A stretch of 64,000 nucleotides of DNA from Flavobacteriales bacterium (lineage in GTDB: Bacteria; Bacteroidota; Bacteroidia; Palsa-965), in assembly GCA_040377305.1 (NCBI GenBank), contig JBEIPA010000001.1:1-64000 (forward strand). Direction: 5' to 3'. The notes below the pieces were generated by a model, which saw only the letters and a program-made list of their open reading frames with translations, was not told where the DNA came from and ran no database searches. The translations under genes and the position numbers were made by a program. The stretch's first letter is position 1, and each line of letters starts with the position of its first letter. Shown here piece by piece: positions 19,429 through 28,942 of this stretch.

Positions 19429-21521
19429 TGAAGAAGCTTTTCGTTGCTGCAGCGTTGTTGATCGCGATTTGTGTAAATGCACAGGTCGACACAACTGCAG
19501 TTGACGATACTCCGCTCGATCAGCAGATTGAAAATCTCTCAGAGAATCTTGGATCAGAAGATGTCGATCTCACTGTTCTCACTGAAAATCTTCAGCGTTA
19601 CAAAGAAAGACCACTCAACCTGAATCACGCAACACGCGAAGAACTTGTTGATCTCGGTTTGCTTAACGATATCCAGATCAACAATCTTCTCATTCACCGC
19701 GAAACATTTGGAGCACTCATCAGCATTTATGAGTTGCAGGCAATCGACGGATTCGACCTCGCAACGATTTATACCATTCTTCCTTACGTGAGTGTAACCG
19801 ATCGTTTCGACGCCGGACATTTTTCCGTGAAGGAAATGTTCGCAAACGGACGACACGAAGTAATCTTCCGTAGTCAGCGCGTGATTGAAGAACAATCCGG
19901 TTACACACCAATCGACAGCATTTCATTGGCAGAAAGTCCAAACTCACGGTATCTCGGAAATCCGTATCGCATTTATACACGCTATCGATTTACCTACAGC
20001 AATTTCGTGAGCTGGGGGGTTACGGCTGAGAAAGATCCCGGTGAAGAATTTTTTCGCGGCTCACAGAAAAACGGATTCGATTTTTATTCGGCACATTTCT
20101 CCGTTAGAAATATCGGTCCGGTGAAGTCTGCGGTGCTCGGAGATTTTCAGGCGAGCTTCGGACAAGGACTCACACTATGGACTGGATACGCTTTCGGAAA
20201 AACCTCCATGACCGTTGCAACCAAACGCAATGCCGCGGGAATTCGTCCCTACACTTCCGTTGACGAGAACAGATTTCTTCGCGGAGCAGGGACAACCTTG
20301 AAGTTCGGTCCGATAGAAACTTCTGCATTCTTCTCGATGCGAAAACGCGATGCAAATGTTTCCGCGGCCGATACACTGGGCAATGACATTGAAATTCTCG
20401 AAGTAAGCAGCATTCAGGAAACCGGTTACCACACTACGCCGTCTGAACTTGCAGACAAACATTCTCTCGAAGAAATGTTGTACGGTGGAAATGTCACCTT
20501 CCGTAAAACGCGTTTTCACGTGGGTGTAACTGCAATCCATTCCGAATACAACAAACCACTTGTTCGCAATCTCGGATTGTACAATCAGTTTGAATTCTCC
20601 TCTCAACAGAATACTGTAGCGGGACTTGACTATGCATTCGTTCTTCGCAACTTCAATTTCTTCGGTGAAGTTTCCCGCAGTGCCAATGGCGGAATGGCTG
20701 CAACGAACGGGGTACTCATCAGCGCCGATTCCCGCCTTGCATTTACAATTCACCACCGCTACTTCGGAAAAGACTTTCAGAATATTTACGCGAATGCATT
20801 TTCAGAAAGTACTTTACCGGTGAATGAGCAGGGAATTTATTTCGGTGTGCAGGCTAAACCACATCGTAAGTGGACGATCAGTTCTTACTATGATCTGCAA
20901 CTCTATCCATGGATGAAATTCCAGATCGATGCACCTTCTGAAGCATACGATTTCCTGTTGCAGATCAACTTCACACCGGACAAAAGAACCGACATGTACT
21001 TCCGTTATCGTCACCGCGACCGGTACACAAACGCGAACGATCCGGATGCTGATATCGATTTCATCATTCCATTTACGCAGGACAATATCCGTTTCCACAT
21101 TTCCTATCCGGTTGCGAAATCGTGGAAACTGAAAAACCGAATCGAGTACACGAAATATTATCCGTCCGATGATGTTGCACAAACCGGTTTGGTTATTTAC
21201 CAGGATGTGACTTACAAGAAAATCGGATTCCCGGTTTCATTCACTGCACGCTATGCACTCTTCCAAACCGATTCATACAACGCGAGAGTGTACGCCTACG
21301 AAAACGATATGCCGATGCAGTTCTCCGTTCCCGCACACTTCGGCAAAGGAACTCGCGTTTACCTCATGGTTAATTGGGATATTACACGGCGCCTCGAAAT
21401 GTGGGCACGCGTTTCTCAATGGTTCTACTACAACCAGGAAATCATCAGCGAAGGATCACTCACAGAGATTCGCAGCAATCACAAGACAGAGGTGAAATTG
21501 CAGTTGCGATATAAGTTTTAA
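19428..21521 (+). CDS. Helix-hairpin-helix (ComEA-like) domain + outer-membrane beta-barrel protein
   Basis: PLNLNHATREEL..SIYELQAIDGF HhH-like motif; barrel strands ending RYKF; TAATG coupling to the upstream gene. Confidence 0.8.
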   Translation: MKKLFVAAALLIAICVNAQVDTTAVDDTPLDQQIENLSENLGSEDVDLTVLTENLQRYKERPLNLNHATREELVDLGLLNDIQINNLLIHRETFGALISIYELQAIDGFDLATIYTILPYVSVTDRFDAGHFSVKEMFANGRHEVIFRSQRVIEEQSGYTPIDSISLAESPNSRYLGNPYRIYTRYRFTYSNFVSWGVTAEKDPGEEFFRGSQKNGFDFYSAHFSVRNIGPVKSAVLGDFQASFGQGLTLWTGYAFGKTSMTVATKRNAAGIRPYTSVDENRFLRGAGTTLKFGPIETSAFFSMRKRDANVSAADTLGNDIEILEVSSIQETGYHTTPSELADKHSLEEMLYGGNVTFRKTRFHVGVTAIHSEYNKPLVRNLGLYNQFEFSSQQNTVAGLDYAFVLRNFNFFGEVSRSANGGMAATNGVLISADSRLAFTIHHRYFGKDFQNIYANAFSESTLPVNEQGIYFGVQAKPHRKWTISSYYDLQLYPWMKFQIDAPSEAYDFLLQINFTPDKRTDMYFRYRHRDRYTNANDPDADIDFIIPFTQDNIRFHISYPVAKSWKLKNRIEYTKYYPSDDVAQTGLVIYQDVTYKKIGFPVSFTARYALFQTDSYNARVYAYENDMPMQFSVPAHFGKGTRVYLMVNWDITRRLEMWARVSQWFYYNQEIISEGSLTEIRSNHKTEVKLQLRYKF

Positions 21522-21523
21522 TC

Positions 21524-22144
21524 ATGACCAGAGTCCTCACGTGTGTTTGCTGGTTACTATTCGGGGTACTGCTAAATTCATGCTCCGATGAGGTCAAACC
21601 CCTTACTGATTTGCCTCACAGTTGGGAAGTATGCGATTGTAACGACGTTGAAATTGCAGGTGCCTATTACAACACCTTCCCTTTTTCCGATAGCATAGTT
21701 GCCGTTGCGTATCAATACATTCCTTCGACCGGTGAAAACGCACGCACAGTCGGCCTCGACACCAATGGCAGATTCAGCGAAATTAATATGGTGAAGATCG
21801 ACACTCTGACTCGGGAACAGGTTAATCAGCTCGCCAAAATCGTTGTCAATCGTTATGAAATTTGTCATGGAGAATATGACAACTCAACTGATTGCATGTA
21901 CACTCCTCATCACTGCATAGTGTTTTACGAGCGCGATAGCATTGTAGCATTTCTGGAAACCTGTTTCTTATGCACCGAATCTCTCGAGTGGCCTAAAGGC
22001 ACATTTGGAATTCAATGCGGAGATTTCTTCGACGACATGCGCTATTTCTACAGAAGCATGGGATTTGCAGATGATGCGCTTGAACTAGAAACCTGTCCAG
22101 GATATATTCCAGACACGATCAACATCTGGAGAGGGCATTATTAA
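21524..22144 (+). CDS. Cys-rich hypothetical lipoprotein
   Basis: Lipobox LLNSC; CMYTPHHCIVFY..ETCFLC motif. Confidence 0.6.
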   Translation: MTRVLTCVCWLLFGVLLNSCSDEVKPLTDLPHSWEVCDCNDVEIAGAYYNTFPFSDSIVAVAYQYIPSTGENARTVGLDTNGRFSEINMVKIDTLTREQVNQLAKIVVNRYEICHGEYDNSTDCMYTPHHCIVFYERDSIVAFLETCFLCTESLEWPKGTFGIQCGDFFDDMRYFYRSMGFADDALELETCPGYIPDTINIWRGHY

Positions 22145-22167
22145 ACCTTACTCTGGGTCGCTGCGGT

Positions 22168-23874
22168 TTATTTTCCGCTCACCACATGGAAAAATCCAGA
22201 GATCGGCACATAGATATATTTCCCGGTCAACTCGAAGTAATAAACCCCATCCACCACATTCGGTACCCAATCATTCTGGTAATTGCTTTGCGAATAAATA
22301 AGTGCGCCCCAGCGATTGTAAACATGCACGGTTGATTCGGTGTAGTAATGCAGATTCGTAAAGAACAGCACATCGTTCTGCTGATCACCATTCGGTGTAA
22401 CAACATTTGGTGTGATGATCGGAACTCCACCAATCACTTCGTAAGTCGATGAAAACGAATTGCAACATCCCGAAGACAAACATGCGGTGAGTGTTACTGT
22501 GTAAACTGAATCTCCGGTAAACGTGTGCTGCGGATTTTGTGCATTCGATGTATCTCCATCGCCGAAATCCCAATGCCATAAAACTGCGCCTGGTGTATTC
22601 GAGGTGAACTGTACTGCAATAGGTGCAACATTCGGTGAAGGTGGATTAAACGTGAACGAAACTACTGGCGTGTTCACCACTCCAACACTAATCGTAGAAG
22701 AAGTTGCAGCGGGCGGAGTTCCATTGTCGGTTCCGGTGACAGTAATGAGATTCACTCCGAGATTCGAAGCGAGTCCGACAAACTCAGCAGCTACAGTCGC
22801 AGGGTTTCCGGTGAGATTAGTAATCACATTTAGTCCTGTCGAAGTAGTTGTCATCGTGATGGTCGTTGCTTGTCCTTGTTCCGGCGCGAGGAAAATTGCA
22901 TCGAGATCGAGTGTATCTCCAACGCAAATCCACATCGTGTCGCATACATCATCCGAGTTGATGATCGGCGGAAGATTATTTCCTGATCCGCTGTTACAAA
23001 CGTCGAAGTAAAAAGTTTGATTATCGAGCCAGCTCACCTGATCAACTGATCCGAACGGCCCATCGTATGCAGTTCCCGGCGCATCGAAGCGACCTATCTG
23101 AATGTAATCTGTTCCGTTACCGCGATTCACTCCAACGGTTGCAGGATTACCTCCGAAGCCATTAACTCCACTTGATGCATCGCCGGTTGTCCATTGCATG
23201 TCGCCGTAACAAAACGAAACGTTATTTCCCGCAGGAAGAATCGGATCACTTCCATCAGTGATGATCAACTGAAAATCGTTCAGCTTATCATCATAGTTTG
23301 CATAGTAACCAACGGTTTGCCAGCGAACGATCAGCGAAGTGGATGTTAACCTGTAATAAACAACACCGCTACCTGGTGCACGTGTGTCAACATCGGCCCA
23401 GAACGGAGCAACCATGATGAACGTTGGATCAGGAAATGGATTCGAAGAAAAAGTTCCGTACGACGCACCGAAAGAAACGTTTCCGTTATTGTTGATATAA
23501 ACGGTGTTTACGTTTTGGCCATAGAAACAAAAGTTGAACGGCAACGTAATGTTCGGACTCGATCCGTCATCGTTACGATAACCATCAAGCGCGTTCCCGC
23601 TGGTGAACGGAACAACGGAAAAGGATCCGTCAACCGGAACCATGCATTGACACAACACACTCGATTGAGGCTGCGGAGTTGGTCCCAACTGCGGAGCCGA
23701 ATTCAGAACACCGGTTTGATTAATGATTACCGCGTTCTGTGGAATTTCTCCGGAAGCTTTCTGCTGATTGTAATTCGGATCGGTTGTATTAAACAGACGC
23801 AGACTATCGTTCTGGGCAATCGCCAACACAGGCAACAGCAATATCGAAACAACGATCCAGAGGCGATTACTCAT
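22168..23874 (-). CDS. Nidogen-like (NIDO) + PKD protein with T9SS type B (gliding motility-associated) C-terminal domain
   Basis: LPFNFCFYG..NNNGNVSF..VAPFWADVD..FQLII (NIDO); WHWDFGDG (PKD); PNVVTPNGDQQND..YNRWG (type B CTD). Confidence 0.85.
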   Translation of the reverse strand: MSNRLWIVVSILLLPVLAIAQNDSLRLFNTTDPNYNQQKASGEIPQNAVIINQTGVLNSAPQLGPTPQPQSSVLCQCMVPVDGSFSVVPFTSGNALDGYRNDDGSSPNITLPFNFCFYGQNVNTVYINNNGNVSFGASYGTFSSNPFPDPTFIMVAPFWADVDTRAPGSGVVYYRLTSTSLIVRWQTVGYYANYDDKLNDFQLIITDGSDPILPAGNNVSFCYGDMQWTTGDASSGVNGFGGNPATVGVNRGNGTDYIQIGRFDAPGTAYDGPFGSVDQVSWLDNQTFYFDVCNSGSGNNLPPIINSDDVCDTMWICVGDTLDLDAIFLAPEQGQATTITMTTTSTGLNVITNLTGNPATVAAEFVGLASNLGVNLITVTGTDNGTPPAATSSTISVGVVNTPVVSFTFNPPSPNVAPIAVQFTSNTPGAVLWHWDFGDGDTSNAQNPQHTFTGDSVYTVTLTACLSSGCCNSFSSTYEVIGGVPIITPNVVTPNGDQQNDVLFFTNLHYYTESTVHVYNRWGALIYSQSNYQNDWVPNVVDGVYYFELTGKYIYVPISGFFHVVSGK

Positions 23875-23953
23875 GCATTCTTATAACGTGGGCTATATTC
23901 AAAGATACTAAAACAGTAGGCAGGATGCAGTAATGCAGTAGGCGGTTTAAAGC

Positions 23954-24095
23954 CCGTAGGCTGAAGCCTGATGGTTATCATTTCGTTTGTTTATAATAAT
24001 GTGGTGTGAGAATAAATGTCTGCGACATTTTTTTCTCACACCACATCTCTCTTAACGCGAGATCGTATTGATAACCGTGCGGCTTTAGCCTACGG
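23954..24095. repeat. Nested palindromic REP-like element, family B (copy 2)
   Basis: ccgtaggctgaagcc..ggttatca / tgataaccgtgcggctttagcctacgg; inner hairpin 23999-24046. Confidence 0.8.
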
Positions 24096-24182
24096 TTTGG
24101 AGCATCAACTCGCCTAAATAAAAAAGCGCGAATCACGTCGCGCCTTAAATGCTTTATACTCCCGTCTGAAGTCTGTCGTATC

Positions 24183-26456
24183 CTACCGAATCACATTTAC
24201 GTGCCCCAGGAAATACCATATCAATCCATTGGTATCCTTTATCGTGACTTTGTAGACGTAAGTGTCGACCTGCACTTTGGTGCCTCCGATTGTTCCATCC
24301 CAACCTGTATGTTCATCAACCGTTTTGTAAATCATATTACCCCAGCGATCGAAAATCAACATCTCGAATTCGTCAATGTATTGAATCTCGGAGAACACCG
24401 GAATGAACTCGTCGTTATTACCGTTGCCGTTTGGTGTGAATGTATTCGGAATCCAAACGAGAAGCTCAGGAGAAATTACGACATCCCAATACGCGGTGTC
24501 AGGACAAGCTCCTCCCGGACCGGACACAACTTGCATCACGGTGTATGTTCCAGTATCAGGGTAAACCCAAACCGGATTAGGATCTGTGGATGTTCCGTTG
24601 TCACCGAATTGCCAGAACCATTCTATTGTTCCTCCGGTAGAAGCATCAGTAAATGTAATGGTCGGGTTGCTGATGAATGCTGGCTGGGGACCATAAGTAA
24701 ATCCGGCTATCGGTCCTGGAATTACGGTGATGTAATTCGCAAGCGTCATACTATCGCGACAACCTTCTGCAGAAATCGCGAGTAGCTCCACGGTATACGC
24801 ACCTTGATCACCGTAACAATTTTGCGGGTTCTGTTGCGTTGAATAATTTCCATCGCCAAAGCTCCACTGCCATTGCGTGACTGTACTGTTTGGAACTGTT
24901 GACTGATCAGTAAAGTCTACACACAATGGAGAACATCCGGTAAGTGGAGTTCCTGAGAATGCAATAACCGGAAGATCGTAAACGATTGCATTGTACTGTG
25001 CAGTGTCAGAACATCCGAGAGAATCTGTGATCGTAAGAACAATTGGATATGTACCTGAAGTTGGATAGGTGTAACTGGTCGAATCAACGTTCGATGTATC
25101 GTTCGTGAGTGCTGGCATCCCGAAATCCCAGTGCGTCCAGGTAATCGGACCATTGCCCGGAATTAATTGTGAGCCCGTTGTTCCGAAAAGAACCGGATCT
25201 CCCGGACACGCACTTGTGCTGGTAATATTCGCAGTCGGACCTGGAACAACATTAACGGCAACCAGACCATTGGTAGTTGCAGCCGGATTGCCATTGTCGG
25301 TTCCTGTAATTGTAATGAGGTTGTAGCCAAGATTACTTTGCAGACCAACGAAGTATGCATTCAGGTTAACAGGATTTCCGGGAGCACTTCCGATAACCGT
25401 TAATCCAGTACCGGTTGTTGTTGCGGTTGCTGTTGTAAGTTGTCCGGCTTCCGGCGAAAGGAATTGCGCGTTGAGAATTAATGTGTCACCTACACACAAA
25501 TCAATCGTATCGCAAACTTGTGCTGACTGCATGATCGGAGGAAGATTTCCGCCACCACCTGCGCTGCACACGTCAAGAAAAAACGATTGATTATCCAACC
25601 AACTCACTTGTGACGGCGGGCCGAAAGGTCCATTGTACAAAACACCCGGCTGATCGAAACGACCAAGCTGAATATAGTTTACGCCATCACCAAGGTTACA
25701 TCCAACAGTTGCTGCCGTTCCCCCAAAACCGTTAACTCCACCCGATGCATCACCAGTAGTCCACTGCATATCGCCATAGCAAAAAGCACAGTTACTTCCC
25801 GGAGGCAAAAGTGGATCAGCTCCGTTAGTAATGATCAATTGAAAATCGTTCAGCTTATCGGTGTGCATGGAATAATAACCAACCGTCTGCCAGCGAACGA
25901 TCAATGCTGAAGGAGTTAATTTGTAATACACCACTCCACTCGCCGCTGCACGTGTATCAACATCTGTCCAGAAAGGAGCAATCATGGAATACTGATTACT
26001 CGGAAATGGATTCGAAGAAAAAGTTCCGTAAGGAGAACCAAATGAAATATTTCCGTTGTTATTGATGTACGCAGTATTCATGATTTGTCCGTAGAAACAA
26101 AACACGAAAGGAAGTGGAATGCCCGGTGTAGATGAATCGTCGTTGCGATAATCCGGTGGTGTGCCGAACTGGAATGGTGCAACAGACCAGGTTGCATCAA
26201 TCGGAATTATACATTGACAATTCGCAGGCGATTGAGGTGCTGGATTAGGCTGAACAATATTTCCCAACGGAACCGGCGTATTGTTGGTGCCGTCACCAAT
26301 GAAATACAATCCATTGGTTAGCGCACCCGCCGATTTCAGAGAATCATACGTTGCAGGATGAATTGGTTGCGGACCAGAAGACTGAACAGCAGGATTCTGC
26401 GCCCTCAGTGACGAGAATGTACATAGCAAGAGAAAACCGAGTATCAGCTTTTTCAT
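24183..26456 (-). CDS. NIDO + multiple PKD protein with T9SS type B C-terminal domain (paralog of 22168-23874)
   Basis: NIDO motifs as in the paralog; three WxFG PKD repeats; IPNTFTPNGNGNND..FDRWG..GWDGT..GHVNVIR. Confidence 0.88.
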   Translation of the reverse strand: MKKLILGFLLLCTFSSLRAQNPAVQSSGPQPIHPATYDSLKSAGALTNGLYFIGDGTNNTPVPLGNIVQPNPAPQSPANCQCIIPIDATWSVAPFQFGTPPDYRNDDSSTPGIPLPFVFCFYGQIMNTAYINNNGNISFGSPYGTFSSNPFPSNQYSMIAPFWTDVDTRAAASGVVYYKLTPSALIVRWQTVGYYSMHTDKLNDFQLIITNGADPLLPPGSNCAFCYGDMQWTTGDASGGVNGFGGTAATVGCNLGDGVNYIQLGRFDQPGVLYNGPFGPPSQVSWLDNQSFFLDVCSAGGGGNLPPIMQSAQVCDTIDLCVGDTLILNAQFLSPEAGQLTTATATTTGTGLTVIGSAPGNPVNLNAYFVGLQSNLGYNLITITGTDNGNPAATTNGLVAVNVVPGPTANITSTSACPGDPVLFGTTGSQLIPGNGPITWTHWDFGMPALTNDTSNVDSTSYTYPTSGTYPIVLTITDSLGCSDTAQYNAIVYDLPVIAFSGTPLTGCSPLCVDFTDQSTVPNSTVTQWQWSFGDGNYSTQQNPQNCYGDQGAYTVELLAISAEGCRDSMTLANYITVIPGPIAGFTYGPQPAFISNPTITFTDASTGGTIEWFWQFGDNGTSTDPNPVWVYPDTGTYTVMQVVSGPGGACPDTAYWDVVISPELLVWIPNTFTPNGNGNNDEFIPVFSEIQYIDEFEMLIFDRWGNMIYKTVDEHTGWDGTIGGTKVQVDTYVYKVTIKDTNGLIWYFLGHVNVIR

Positions 26457-26763
26457 TTCTGTGTTTCTGTTAGTCCTGCATGATTAGCATCATTCAGGCA
26501 CGCGTTGATTCTGGTTTGCCCCCAGCGGGCTTTGTCTAATGTTTGCCCGCATTAAACAGCCTCAAATCCAACTTGATCATAAAAGTACAAAAAACGGCCG
26601 TTTCCTCAGTCATCGGGTCAATTTAGATCAATACCGTGCTAAAACGTGAGCAACGTTTCAAAAGGTGCCTACGAATGAATTTTTCAATAGGCGTATTTGG
26701 CTGATTTTCGCGGGTTTTTCCTTGTGTACATTTGTGCGCTCACACGATTAGCTCAGCACACGT

Positions 26764-28092
26764 ATGAAATCAATGGGATGGAAAAGTCACTTGTTGCAAA
26801 CCGGTTTGCTCGCACTGCCTGTTTGCCTCAGCAACGTCGGCCACATTACGGTCGACCTTGCCGACAATTATTTCCTTGGATTGATGGCGAACAAAACAAC
26901 TGCACAAGCTGCAATTGCACTCGCCGGTGCATTCTACATTTTCATTCTCGTGATGTTGATTGGTGTATCGTATGCGTTAACTCCGCTCGTTGCTGAGTTC
27001 AACGCAAAAGGCGAGAAAGAAAAAATCAAAACGCATTTACGTCATTCACTCATGCTCAATCTCGGGGCTGCAACCGTTTTGTTCGTGGTGTTGTGGCTCG
27101 GGGGATCATTGCTGAAGTATGCAAACAAACCGGAAGATGTAACTGTACTCGCTATTCAGTTTCTCGCTGTAACAATGCTGTCCATGGTTCCGCTCAGCGT
27201 GTTCTTTACATTCAAGCAATTTACAGAAGGAATGTCTGACACAAAAACTGCAGCGTGGGTCACAATAGCAGCGAACGTCGTGAACATCTTCCTCAACTAC
27301 TGCTTGTGTTTCGGTGAATTCGGTCTTCCGGAGATGGGCGCAATCGGTGCTGCGTGGGCAACATTCATCAGTCGTTGTGCAATGGCTCTCGTGATGTTTT
27401 TATATGTGCGTTACAGCAGAAAATATTCGGAGTACAAATTGTCCTTCTTCACGGGAAAATACGAGAAGAGCATTTTCAAAACACAATTGAAAATCGGAAT
27501 TCCATCAGGTCTCATGTTCGCTATGGAAGTCGCTGCATTCGCGGTACCAATTTTATTCATTCCGTCGGTAACGCAACTCGCCGCACATCGTGTTGCAATT
27601 AGTCTTGCAGCAATGACGTACATGATTTCAAGCGGTCTTGGTGCTGCTGCGGCTATTCGTGTCGGACATTTTGTAGGAACAAACGAGCGACTGGAAATGC
27701 GCAGAGCAGGTTTCAGTGCCATCATGTTGTCGTTCGCGTTCATGTGCATAGCCGCGCTCGCGTTTGTGCTGTTCAGACATTGGTTGCCTGCGCAATTCAA
27801 CGATGAGCCCGCGGTGCTGAGCTATGCCGCAACGTTATTATTCATCGCTGCAGGATTTCAATTGTTCGATGGAGCACAAGTCACCGCACAAGGTGCTTTG
27901 CGCGGATTGAGAGACACGATCTATCCAGGCTGGGTTGCATTCATCGCGTACTGGATTATCGGCTTACCACTGAGCTATTTCCTTTGCATTCCAATGGGAT
28001 TGGGTGCAATTGGCGTGTGGTATGGTTTCGTAGCAGGATTGGCTGTTGCGAGCTTCGGGTTTATACGGCGCTTTCACTTGCTGTCGAAGTAA
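26764..28092 (+). CDS. MATE-family efflux transporter
   Basis: About 12 TM helices; GAIGAAWAT, IRVG, FQLFDGAQV..GALRGLRDT motifs. Confidence 0.92.
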   Translation: MKSMGWKSHLLQTGLLALPVCLSNVGHITVDLADNYFLGLMANKTTAQAAIALAGAFYIFILVMLIGVSYALTPLVAEFNAKGEKEKIKTHLRHSLMLNLGAATVLFVVLWLGGSLLKYANKPEDVTVLAIQFLAVTMLSMVPLSVFFTFKQFTEGMSDTKTAAWVTIAANVVNIFLNYCLCFGEFGLPEMGAIGAAWATFISRCAMALVMFLYVRYSRKYSEYKLSFFTGKYEKSIFKTQLKIGIPSGLMFAMEVAAFAVPILFIPSVTQLAAHRVAISLAAMTYMISSGLGAAAAIRVGHFVGTNERLEMRRAGFSAIMLSFAFMCIAALAFVLFRHWLPAQFNDEPAVLSYAATLLFIAAGFQLFDGAQVTAQGALRGLRDTIYPGWVAFIAYWIIGLPLSYFLCIPMGLGAIGVWYGFVAGLAVASFGFIRRFHLLSK

Positions 28093-28094
28093 AA

Positions 28095-28287
28095 GGAACG
28101 CGGATTTTTATTTCCGTTGTTTGCTAACGGCACGCTCGGATCAGTGAGGTAAACATGAACTTTTCATAGCTGGATCTCATGAGATACGTTTGAGTTTATC
28201 TCATAAGATCCATTATCCTGAATGTGAACCTTTCCGTACACATCCATAAAGACGCTGACACGCCTCGCACTTCAAAATCCGCGTTCC
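28095..28287. repeat. ~193 bp nested palindromic element, family A (copy 2)
   Basis: ggaacgcggatttt / aaaatccgcgttcc; inner hairpin 28171-28212 similar to 2256-2297. Confidence 0.8.
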
Positions 28288-28289
28288 AA

Positions 28290-28820
28290 TTAAGCCAGTT
28301 CAGGCACATAACGCTCCCGCAACACACGATCATGATGAATATGATGCCCCGCAATGAAAAACGCGAGCGCACGTGCTGAAGTGGGATTTCCGTTTGCAGT
28401 GCCCACGCGATCTGCTTCTTCTTCAGTCATGTGTTTGTATAACAACACCGTTCCTTCACGAACCACACCAAATTCCCGGGCGAGTTCAGTAAGTGTGCGA
28501 GCATTGAAAGATGCATTTGCAACGTAATCATCTTCTTCGAAACCGGGAAGATCTGCTTTCTCTCCGCGTGAAATACATAACGCGCGATAAGCGAGAATCC
28601 GCTCTGCATCGATCATGTGTCCCACAACTTGCTTGATGGTCCACTTCCCTGCTGCATACGCATGATCTTCCATTTCATATGGAACTTCCGAAAGAAGCAC
28701 TTTGAAATCGAGCACTTGCGATTCGAGAACCTGCAATGGATTTTTTCCTTGCAGCAAATCAACATAGCGTTTCTGGTATTCGGTATACGTTCCGGCAGGT
28801 GGTGGTGCGATTACTTTCAT
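28290..28820 (-). CDS. DinB-family protein
   Basis: YAAGKWTIKQVVGHMIDAER..LPGFEED..AGHHIHH motif. Confidence 0.88.
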   Translation of the reverse strand: MKVIAPPPAGTYTEYQKRYVDLLQGKNPLQVLESQVLDFKVLLSEVPYEMEDHAYAAGKWTIKQVVGHMIDAERILAYRALCISRGEKADLPGFEEDDYVANASFNARTLTELAREFGVVREGTVLLYKHMTEEEADRVGTANGNPTSARALAFFIAGHHIHHDRVLRERYVPELA

Positions 28821-28942
28821 GGTGGTACAGAGCTAGGTGAAGTGGCAGTGAAATTTACCATTAAGTTAAACACTTTTCGGGTACTCTCCTTTTCCCCCAA
28901 GAACTCCTTCGGAGAGAGGATTAGTGAGGCGCGAAAAAGTGG

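Noticed and set aside
22168-26456. Diversity-generating retroelement TR/VR pair
   Set aside because: Similarity is ordinary paralogy across a whole domain, I see no adenine-specific mismatch pattern, and there is no reverse transcriptase.
26490-26560. c-di-GMP-I riboswitch
   Set aside because: GGCAAAC is present but the GNRA-capped P2 stem and GACGCAAAG elements are not; kept only as a generic structured leader.
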